Below are positions 45,427 to 57,436 of a stretch of 64,000 nucleotides of DNA, piece after piece (the first letter of the stretch is position 1; every line of letters begins with the position of its first letter). The stretch is taken from the NCBI GenBank assembly GCA_964270895.1, contig OZ185436.1. One strand, given 5' to 3'. This DNA comes from Podarcis filfolensis (taxonomy: Eukaryota). The notes beneath the pieces are model-generated. The model saw nothing but the letters and a program-made list of their open reading frames with translations, was not told the DNA's origin and did no database searches. The position numbers and the translations under genes are program-made.

Positions 45427-48400
45427 AAGTTATTTTTTTTAAATTAAGTAGTAATATCTTCTCTTCTGTGGTCTCCTCTGTTGCGCTGCCTTCCTCTGGG
45501 TCCCGGCCTGCTTTCTTGGAGGGCTAGCTGTGCTTCCACTCCCTCCCTCTCCCTCCTTACACTGCGATCCCTTACAGGCTTACTCAGGAGTAAGCGTTAG
45601 CATAAACCCCTTCCTCCTGCTGCTGCCCTGCCCGCACAGGGGTCTCCTGCACAGGCACCAGTGGAGTTTGAGAAAACGATTGTGGGATGATCACAGAATC
45701 ACAGATTTGGAAAGGACCTCTGAGGGGCATCTAGGCCAACCCCCTGCAATGGAGGTACCTCAACAAGAGCAGCCAAAACTTAAAAGAACATAAGGCTTCC
45801 CTGCTCCATTTACACCTATTGTGACACAGAAGGTACCCCCCCCCAGCCCCATCCCACCAATCTCTCCCTTTTTATCAAAGGGAAGGGGAGGGAGGCAAGC
45901 AAGCAGAGGTAGCCTCTTTTAATTTTTTTACAGGTTCATTTTAATTTTTTTAAGGTTCATTTTTTAATAAGAAGGGAACGGGAAAGCTGTTCGGGGGAAC
46001 CAAAATAAACACCCCCAAAATAAACATAAAACATTTCTCACCTTTTATTTTTTGCTAGTGGGGGTGGGTGCAAGGGAAGAAAAATGAAGCAGCAGCACAT
46101 AATGATATATAGGGTTGGGGAACCAAATGTGTGAGAAGACAAAGGGAGAATTGGGAAGAGTTTATGGGTAAGAAGGAAAAAATGGGGAGACAGACAATAA
46201 CACAGAGAGAGGGGAGGCAAGGCAGTCCAATGTAGCTCACAAACATGCAGAATGGAGCAAAAGAGGCAAGACAATTTCCTCCACAACCACCCTTAACTTT
46301 GAAGCAACAGCCTCTGTCTGGGAGAGCAAAGGGAAGGCTTAAGGCAGCATCCTGCTTTCTGCCGGCTTGGTAGCTCAGCTCAGAAGCAGGCAGAATGCAG
46401 CAAAGGGGGCTTTAAAGGCGTGAAACAGTGCTCCTTCTTCCTCATGAGCAAGCAGGAGAGACAGGGTAGCTTGCAGAGATGTCATGCAGGGAGGCTTCTT
46501 CCCTGCACCTCAGCTCTGCCTCTCCAAAGAGCAGCCTTGCCTCTCCGGCTCAAGCAAGCAAGCAGGAGGAGCAGGGCTGTTTGCAGAACTGATGGAGAGG
46601 GAGGTTTCTTTTCGTGCGTCAGCTGAAAGACAGGAGAGTTGCAGCAAAGCCCAGCTGCACCTCCAGCTCCCGAGGAGACCCTCTCTGGAGCGGTAGCGGA
46701 TGATTGCTTTGGGCTCTGGGGAGGGTCTGGAAGTCCCCAGGCATATGATTAATCCGGGGACATTACATTAAATCCGGGGACATTCAGCGGATGGATTTTG
46801 TCTGGAGATAGATTGGTAAATCCAGGGGCTGTCCCCGGGAACCAGAGATGTCTGGTAATCATACTTGGGAGAGTTGTAAGACCCCCTCTAACAGTGTGGA
46901 ACTGCAAAAGAATATGCCAAAAAACCACTTTCTCTGCTCCCCCTTCCCTTCAGCGGTACCCTCTGCTGGAGCGTGGTCTTTCCACAAACAGAAGTCTAGA
47001 TCCAACCACAATGAGTGTTGATAATTCTCAGAGCCCAAACTGGATTTCACCAGATAGCACTGTATATCATTATCTTGAGATCTGAATGCAAAACTGTTTG
47101 TGGCGCTTACTTTCCACAGTTTATTCAGCTTGTGACAAAATAGAAAGGAATTGTGGAGAGCACTGAAGTAGAAGTACCTGGAACTTCTAAACATTCCCCA
47201 TACACTGGACACACTTTTTCAAGGTGGCTGAAGACCTCTGATTTCAGCGTGCTTCTACTGTTTGATTTAGTCTTCAAGTTTGCTATCTCTGGTTCTTAAT
47301 CTGGCTAATTGGTTTTAAACTATATGATTTTATTTTTTAGATTTTGCATACAGTGTATATTTTATTGCATATTTAAAAACTTTTGTAAGCCGCTTTGTTT
47401 ACTTGCCAAATGAAAAGGGGAGGCTAGAAGCAGCACTAGTAATCCCTCCAAGCACAAAGGCTGTGGAGCATGCTATTTCTCTCCAAAGATAACTAGGTGG
47501 CCAGTAGCCGTGTGCTTGCAGATGGGGTGAGAAAAGGCAGTGGGCAGGGCCACACATACCCCATCACAATTATGCTTATTCACACATACACAGCCACCCC
47601 ATCACAGTTAAACACATCCATTTACACCCACACTACCAGTCAGTCCACCTAACAGCTGTATGATGGGCTGAGGAGAGCACAATTTACATGGAAGGACAGT
47701 TCCCACCCAGTTCTCCTCACCACAAACACACTCCTATTTGTTGAGCTGGGAGAGGACAGCATGATTTGCATTAAGAATTTGGCAGTGGGAGTGACTCGGG
47801 CACCAACATAGGGCACTCTGAAAGGTTTCAGTCGGCGAGTTGCAGTCGGCGAGTTGCCCACATGTGAGTTATAGCACCTAAATATTTTGGCTAGCATTCA
47901 ACGTCAGCAGAATGATTGACTTTTCCACTTCATGGAAATCTGCTTGAGAGGTATTCTGACATTCAGGGTAGCTTTTGAGGGACACAAAGGTAATAGAATC
48001 ACAGAACTGTAGAGTTGGAAAGGTCCATCAGGATCATCTATTCCAACTCCCTGCAATGCAGGAATACAGTATGCAGCTGTCCCATACAGGAATCAAACCT
48101 GCAACCTTGGCATTATCAGCACCACGCTTTAACCAACTGAGCTATCCAGAATCCTAAATGCTAAAGGCAGAAAGCTAGAAATCCCTGCCCAGGAGGTTAC
48201 ACATGACCCTTTAGATTTCTGCTATTACCCTTGCATAATTCCTATATAGGATTTACTCAGTCAGTGAGGGTAATTCAAACTTACCTCTACAGCAGAGGAC
48301 TCACTCGCTTCTTGCTACAGGAAAGTTGATATTGTCCGGAATCCCATGGGTAATCTGGATATGACCCTGCAAGCTCTTTTCTGTAATATGCTGCATGATT

Positions 48401-51400
48401 GCAGCCAGTGAGTAGTTTCTGTAGATGCACACTTTCTGTTATGGATTGCTACCATGTAGCTCACTGCTACTTGGAGCCATGTATTATTTTAATTCCTTTA
48501 ACCATGCCAGTAAATTAAACAAAAAAGCCAGGATCCACTGGACTCCTAACAGCCCAAACAATCACTTGACTACAACCAATACACAGTAAAAACGAGCTGC
48601 AGCAGGAGCAAAGTTTTCCTTCAGTTGTTTCACTAGGCATGTTTACACCACACATTTCGTCACCAGACAGATTCTTGTGAAAAGCTCAATCAGGCAATCA
48701 GAATGCACACTAATTTGCAGTCCAACAATGGAAGGACAGTCACAACAGGATAGCTGTATATGAACTATTGCAGCTACTCAAATATTCATTTCTCTACCAG
48801 CACAGAAAGCACAGAAAAGGAACAGCCTGGATTAATTGTCTCAAGAAAGCAACTTGACTTGACAGAAAGACATCCTGTGCTGTGTCTTCTAAATTGTGAA
48901 AGAAAACAATGCTATGGGAAATCTGCCAAGGTTCTTCTAATACGTTACAGCATGTCATAAAAAGGATATCAAGGGACTCTTCACCATGAATGCCAAACAC
49001 AAAATAAAAGTGATCTATAAAAAACTGAAATGTCTCCACACTTGAAGTCCTTGCTTTCACTAAGATTTTCTAAGAAGCACACTTTTTCCTATGGCACAAG
49101 ATGCATAGAGTTTAAGGAGTCAATGAATAAGCTACAAAATGAGATGATCTTGTTTAAGAATGTTCCACCCTATATGTTAAATACAACAGAATAGCCTTAA
49201 ACATATACAGTCATACTTCGGGTTACAGATGCTTCAGGTTGAGTTTTTTCAGGTTGCGGACCGCCAAAACCCGGAAGTACCGGAATGAGTTACTTCCGGG
49301 TTTCGGCGGTCGCGCTTTAGGCATGCGCAGAAGCACCGAATTGCAACCTGCATGTGCACAGACGCGGGTTGTGAACACTGCGGGATGCGAATGTGCATCC
49401 CGCACGATCACGTTCGCAACCCAAGATTCCACTGTATAAGAACTTAATCATCTCCATGGCTACAACCTCCGTCTCAACAGTAGATCTATCATCACCTCCA
49501 AGCCTTCAAGAGCTACTAGTTCCTTTAGGTGGACAAGAAGAGTCCCCTGCACACTGCTTATGTACTATCAATCTGCACACGAGGGACTGTACACAGGGCT
49601 ATTTTTCTGCTTCACTGCAATGCATTGTTTTGGCCTGAGGGAAGCAACTGTACATTCAGTTCTCACAACTGTGTCCTTTATTTATTAATAGGCTTGCATT
49701 ATGAAAGTTCCATGCATAGTTGTGACATCCTACTTTAAGGCAGGGAAAGTTATCAAAGACAGCACTCAGATGAACGGGCCGGGGAGTCCAACAGCCTTCT
49801 TTATAAGAAGTGAAGAAAGTTTTATGAGAAGCTATGCCGATATTTCACAGTACACAAACACGTAGTCTATATATGTTAGCATTGTCAAGTGAAGCTAAGA
49901 TACCCATATAAGATGGTGAACAATGACCAGTCTGCACCCTGACATTCACTGCTGGTGATTTGCATATTGCTTGGTTTTTGCACTTATTGAATAACGAATT
50001 TAAAGGGAGGGGGTCATCAAATTCACAAAACTACCAATATGATGGGACTTCCCTTGGACACTGCCATTCTGTGTCTTAGTATGGTCTTAGTTGATGTTCT
50101 GTCAAGACAGGAAAGGGTTTTCATACTCTCTCATTCTGGCAATAACTAAAATACATTCCTGTATCATCAGAAGCAGGGCTTCATTCTTTTATATAAGGTA
50201 TGAAAGGATGATTTCAACCAGAAATGTTTTTTGTAAGTTGCAGCATAGTAGGCTGACCTGTTACCCTGGAGCAAACCTGGTCATTACTCCAGTACCCCAA
50301 AGAGGAGGTACAAGAATCCTTCAGAGCATCTCTCCAAGAGATTAGCTTCTTACCACTCGACTTCGTGTGTGCCAAGGGCAAGCAGCATGTCCAGTCATGC
50401 TGTAGTACAAATAAGGCTTAGAAGCATGCACTTTAATGCCACGTATATTACATGGGAAGAAAATCGTTCATATTTCTTTGAGCCTGGGGGTGGTGCCTAA
50501 TGCCTTGAAGGGGGCAGTAGTGTGACTGTTCCTACAAACCCTTACTTGGACTCTGAGAAAGTTGAGAATTATCCCTTAGTCACAAATACCACTTCTGGTG
50601 GTAAAGCACTGTACAACTTTAGATTTTGGGGTGATATTGGTGGCCCTACTAAAGACCCTCTTGAAGGACCCATTTTAATCCAGGACTGGTTTGGGGACAG
50701 AATTTGCCTTGGATTACCTTCTATGGGAGTGATCTAGGGGAAGCACAACCCTGTTGTTCTTGCTTGATCTCTCAGTGGCTTTTGATAGCATTGACCATGG
50801 CATCTGACTAGAGCAGCCTTTCTCAGCCTTGGGTCCCCAGATGTTGTTGGACTACAACTCCCACCATCCTTGACCACTGGTCCTCCTGGCTAGGAATGAT
50901 TAGAGTTGTAATCCAACAACATCTGGGGATCCAAGGTTGAGAAAGCCTGGACTAGAGGGTCTCCAGAGTTGGGGATAGTATTTTACCATGGTTCCACTCC
51001 TACTTAGGGTGGCAGGTTCAGAGAACAGCATTAGATAAACGGGTTGCACGGTGATGCCTATCAGTCAGGGCTTGTGAACCTTCTTCAGCCCAGTGACCAC
51101 ACTGACATAGGCCACCCCTCTAAGGGTCACATACCAGTGACTGGCATGGTCAATGTATACAGAGAACATGCTACACACATACAAACCACACAAACAGCAC
51201 ACACTCACCACCATGCCACTACCCAATGCACAACTCATTCCTCCTCCTCTCCAAAATGCTGTGTTTCAAAGAAATTACTGCAATGTGTTATACAAGGAGC
51301 TGCCTCTGAGGACTGTTAAGAAAGTCCAGCTGGTGCAGAATTCAGTGGCTGGGGTGCTCACGAGGGCAAGTCCATTTGAGCATATTGCGCCAATCCTGGC

Positions 51401-54400
51401 CCGACTGCACTGGCTGCCAATTAGTTTATGGGCCCGATTCAAAGTGCTGGTTTTGACCTATAAAGCCTTAAATGTCTGAGGACTGCAATACCTCAAGGAC
51501 AGCCTCTCCTCATATAAACTGACCCAGACCCTGTGATCATCATCTGATGCCCTTCTTCATGTGCCTCCTCCACGAGAGTGGAGAGGTCCAAAGAGCGGCA
51601 ACACAAGAACAGACCTTTTCTGCAGCGGCTTTCCAGTTTGTGGAATGCTCTCCCCAAGGAGGCTCGCCTGGCACCTTCATTATATATTTTTAGATGCCAG
51701 GCAAAAACCTTTCTCTTTAAACAGGCCTTTGGCTGGTTAACATTCTTTTAACTGTCCTTTTAACTGTGTTGTGGGAGGGGGCTACTGTATTAGTTTTTGT
51801 TTTAGCATTACAGATGAATATGGTCACTATTTAGTGGTCATATTACTACAGTGGTACCTCAGGTTACATACTCTTCAGGTTGCATACGCATCAGGTTACA
51901 GACTCCGCTAACCCAGAAATAGTACCTCGGGTTAAGAACTTTGCTTCAGGATGAGAACAGAAATCGTGCTCCGGTGGCGCGGCGGCAGCAAGAGGCCCCA
52001 TTAGCTAAAGTGGTGCTTCAGGTTAAGAACAGTTTCAGATTAAGAACGGACCTCCAGAACAAATTAAGTACTTAACCCGAGGTACCACCGTACAGCGTGG
52101 ACACCTCTTCCAAGTCCCACAGCAATAAGAGGTTCCCCTAACCAGAGGAAGAGGACAGAAAGCCTTTTTAGTGCAATCTCAGCAGGATCCTATATCAATA
52201 TGAGATTTTGCTTTACAAAAACGACTGCCGAAAGAATAACAAGAGTGACTAAAGAAGACAGAAGTGTGAAAGCTACATGGAAAGGACTGTTGTAATCTCT
52301 TGGTTAATCAAACTACTCCCCCTTTGTACAGAGGCAAAATATGCAACACAATATTGCCAGCACACGCAATCCAATTATGCAAAGATACGATCGCCAAAGT
52401 ATTTACACACAGATGAAAGCAAAAGGCAAATATTTTTTCTCATGCAATTCTCCTAACATTGTCCAACTTGTATTATGCCAACTTCTCACGCATTTGACCC
52501 TAGTGACATTTTTTTTAATTCCATTATATTTATTGTCCTGTTTTTCCATGCTATATACAACACTGTCAAAAGGTAGCTTTAAAACAATGAAACCACTGCA
52601 AAACATTAAAGAGTATAAGTAGCTACATTAATAGGACACAATAGTCAAAGATTAAAAGGTTAGTGGGGGGGAAATGGCCTTAGCTGTGGACTTGCATGAA
52701 AAGTAGGGAAGGAGTCCGGAGCTTTCACCAGGGACAGCATTCGACCATCTAGGCACTACTAGAAAGAAGGACCTATCTCCGCTGCTCACCTACCATACCT
52801 CTGATACCAATGGGATATACAGACAAGTGCTTTTCACTGTGTCTTTAACACTCAGGCAGGAGAGTAAGACACTTAAAATATCCTGGTCTTAGTCCCGCCC
52901 CCCATTACAAACTTGTTTCTCAGCTTAATTCAGGTTGATTGTACAGTGGTACCTCGGGTTACAGACACTTCAGGTTACAGACTCCGCTAACCCATAAATA
53001 GTACCTCGGGTTAAGAACTTTGCTTCAGGATGAGAACAGAAATCGTGTGGCGGCACAGCAGCAGCAGGAGACCCCATTTGCTAAAGTGGTATCTCAGGTT
53101 AAGAACAGTTTCATGTTAAGAACAGACCTCCAGAACGAATTAAGTTCTTAACCTGAGGCACCGAGTATTAACTAAAGCCCTCAAGGGCCTATCTTTTCCT
53201 TGTTGAGGGTACACTCCCTCAGGAGTAAATCTGCTATTTAAGAGGGAAGGCACATGCTAGTAGTAAGCAAGCAGGAGCAAATAACTGACAGAGCCAGAGA
53301 AAAAACTGTTTTGGATTAACTAGCCCAAAATAACCACTGCCCTGCTTCAATTTTCACCATGGCTATCTCAGATTAGAATTCCCAATCCTAAATGCCACTG
53401 GGGAAGGAACAAAAAGCAAGAAAGGCACTGGTGGGGGTGGAAGAATGGGCCATCTTCAGACGATGTCAGGGGCTGTGCTTACATGGTAGCTAATGGAGAT
53501 GTTGTAAGACGGGACAAGCTGCATTCTGAGATCCCATCCTGAAGACCATTTTTAGCAGTGGAGGCTGCCCGCCTGTCAATCATACCTCATCACCATGGCA
53601 TCAGGTGAACCACTTAGCCCTGCTATGGCTGGGGATTGTCTGCACAATGGAGTTCCCATTAAGAAATCCTAGCCACTTGGTGCAAACAAATTTAGCTGCA
53701 GGAGCAACTTGTCGTCTCACACTGTTTTCTACAGTAGTTCCATAGATATCACAAGGATACCCAAATAAATGCTCAGTCTTAGAACTCAGATGCACACAAA
53801 TGAAGTTCTTTACTGGAAAAAAGATACTGGGCTGTAACTTATGATGCCTTGTACTAGTGGAAAGTGCTTCTGCTCATGCAAGTTGAGCCATCCAGTTTTT
53901 AGTATTTCCTCCTCCCCACGACAGCCTTCCATGCCATATCCCACGTTTTCAAGAGAGTTCCCCAACCTTTAGGAGCAGCATAGAAGGCATGGAGTGGAGC
54001 TGGCAGGATCAATCCCAAAAAGATAATGTACCCCACTATACACAATCATGTGCTTTCTGCTAGTGCAAAACCACTTCTGGATACTGCAGCTAACAAGAGA
54101 ATGTGCCACAGACTGCACATAACAAGTAAAAGAAGAACTGCAAGAATTGCAGCCACACACTTCACCAGCCTTTCTTCCCAATAAAGTTCTCTTCCTTTTA
54201 CGTCACAACTGGTCAAACGCATCATAGATGAGCTGCTGGCCTCAATGTTTCATCCTTAAGTCAATGCTCTAAATTGACTTAAGTTGCCTGCACACCATCA
54301 GTGGTTCATGGACCACAGTTAAGAACCACTGTTGGCAAAGGACTTCAAACTTAACATGAATCAGGCCTCACAGGAAAGATAAGTGAACATGTTTTGTGGT

Positions 54401-57387
54401 TCTTCTACAGTTCCTTATCCAGCTCATTCTATTGATTTATCAATGATCCAGAAAATGGTAAGAGAAAGATCTGCCTGTGCTTACAGCTACTTAACTATGA
54501 GAAATTGAACGCGCTTATCAATTTGGTTTATGGAATTTATATCCTTTCTATTACAAGGGCTATAATTTGAAATGGATCACCCAACTCAGGCATAGCAAAT
54601 AAACCTTGTAACACAACCTTGTATCAGCTCAGTTGTTTCACTGACTGGCAACAGTATCACAACAACTATACTAATGCCATCATCTAATACAAACATTCTT
54701 CAGTTTTCAATCACAGGTAATCTATGCTTAAAATAAATGACAGACATTGGCTATTTTAGAATAGGAACCAAGACAAGGCAGAACTGGCAGCATTTTAATC
54801 TTCCTCGGCTCCTGGTGACTATAAAGAATAAAAGCGCATGAATACCCTGGATAGCTGAGATTTTGAAAATTAATACAGGTTGCTCCCTCCATCCCACACA
54901 GGGAGCTAAACATGTCCTCAAAATGAAATAACCTTTTGAAATAATTGAATTCTTCAATTAAAAAAAAGGCATACTCAGTAATTTTCTATTAAGAAGAAAT
55001 GCTAAATTCTTTCCTTTTCAAGGCTGTTGTCTGAAGAAGGAAGGAGCCAGTTCATTAACTCTGAAGTCATTTTGGTAGTGAGATAACAATTCAGCTTCGT
55101 GTATGCAGGCGATGCAAACTAGATAAGACACGTTATTTTCTGCACCTCTTCCCTACCTAAAAAGGCATCTCACCCCAAATGGACAGCAGCAACATACTAG
55201 CAGAGAAAGTGATGTCAAAACCAAATGACAAGGCAACTGACAACAGACCACCATGAAAGTCATGGTATTAAAATTTTACAAATATCACACAGTGGGTGTT
55301 CTATCAGCGAGAACAGGAGACACATTCAATTATCGTTTGCTTTACTCATTTCTCTACCCTGAATTAAATGGCAATGCACTTGCAGCAACAAGAGTGCCTG
55401 GAATGCCAAATAAATCCCTCTGGTGGCAAGGACAACAGTAACCCTGTGGATTTCATCATCATCAACAGATCCTTAGTAGCCCCCTGCTCCTGTCGCCTGG
55501 GTGCCTTCACCGATATGGCCAGACACTGAATAAATTTCTGGGCTTTTCTCTGTATCTGAATAGGAGACGTTCTAAAACTCTCCTGGTACATTAAAAACCC
55601 CCACATATTTTAACTGGTTTGGCTACAGCAGTCCAAACTGGCAGAAGACAGTACATCAGGCATACTTCCTACAAAAAGTAAAGTAGCTTTTTGAGAGTGA
55701 GGGGTCTTCATGTACAATACGTCAAAGAGAAATTCTGCCCTGATATAGAGCACACACCCACACACACGAACTCTACAGTTAATGAACAGGCAGAAGCTGA
55801 ACCTGGTCAATCCTGAGTCAGAAAGAATCCAAACATTATAAATCAAAAGTTGATCCAAAAGAAGGGAAGGGGCTCTGCAGTATGCCCTCTGCTTATGTTT
55901 GACGGCTAACCTTGTGCCAGTGCTTTTTTGAGCCATGTGTACACAAGAGCCACTGCTCAGATTAATTTGGGACTCTCTGCAGAATAAGAAGCTTTAATGG
56001 TGGGAAACTTGTTTGTGGCTGCACGGCTACTGGAAACAACATCTGAGGTTGCTGCAGCTTAAGTGAGATGAAGAAGAAACAGGGAAACTGTTTCCAGGCC
56101 ACTGGTGAAAGAGACATGTAGGTTTTGAAAATAAAATCTTGTTGGTGGGCAGCACTGTGGTAAATGTCAATCATATTTAACACAAATCTAAACTATGCTA
56201 CCAAGACAACTAATCAGATCTCTGTGGGAAGCCTGCAAGTTGAACCTGAGCCAAACAGCACTTTCCCCACTTATCATTTTCACTAACTGGCATTCAGAGG
56301 TATATTGCCTCAGGTAGTTGGGTTAACACAGTCATTGTATCTAGTAACTATTGATAGCCTTATCTTCCTTGAATTTGTCTAATCTTCTTCTAACGTCATC
56401 CAAATTTGTTGCCATCACTTCCTCTTTTGGGGTAGTTATCTTCTGTTATATGTCCAGAATAGGATGAACTATGTAATGGTATAAATGCAAATAAGAAGAA
56501 GAGAATAAAGCTGCAGACAGACTACTGGAACAGCAGCTATGAAATGCTGCTAAAGGTATAAGGAATTCTTATTCCAAAGTAATATTTCAAATTCAGTCGT
56601 GATTGAGAATTTATGGAACATCTGAAAGAGTTAAGAAACAATCCCCCTACCAAGTCACTTTGAGACTTTTTATTGTACAAAGTGACTGATAAATGGTTAA
56701 TAATAATGAAGTATCATCTTCCTTATTGGTTAAGCCAATTTTGAAGAAGGAAAGCAAATTCATATTCTGAGTTATAATCAGGCTTATATATAGTGCTGCC
56801 CTGAGTTTTTGAGCTACGGGGGGACAGTAAACAAAAAAAGGATGGGCAATGCCAATATCTAGAAGGACAATCCATAGATTCTACAAAAATAGGATGCTGT
56901 CAGAAAATAACTACAACATTCAAATGGCTGCTTTACTTTAATATGTATAAACAGGTACCTGACAGCTGTTGGAACAGGGAAGCACTCTGGTCATTATATC
57001 TGATAATCATGTTAGGAGAACAGATTCATGGCGAGGATTCCTAAATTTCATTTCTCAAATTACTCGGTATAAATCATCACATTTAGCATCAATCTGTTCA
57101 CTGAGATTACCAAGGACACAGTGTTTCCAGCTTACATTATTTTTGTGAGAAAATCACTTCTAGAATTGTAGCAGCCAGAAACTGGAAGACATTTCTCAAG
57201 CTGGATATGAAGAACTGAGTAACAACAAGTAAGAATTTACTATGCAAAAATAGTTGAGAATTTGATCAATTTCTTAAAAGTGTGTGTGGGGGGGGACATA
57301 GGGCTTATTTTCTAAAATTTCCAAGCCATGGGTATTATTGTAAGATCCATTTTCTGCTATAATTGACTACTTTTTATTTATAGCACT

Positions 57388-57436
<49 letters not shown>

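Noticed and set aside
47993-48147. tRNA-like sequence
   Set aside because: It is a SINE head fused to a CR1-type tail, lacking an intact acceptor stem. The same applies to the head at 39298.
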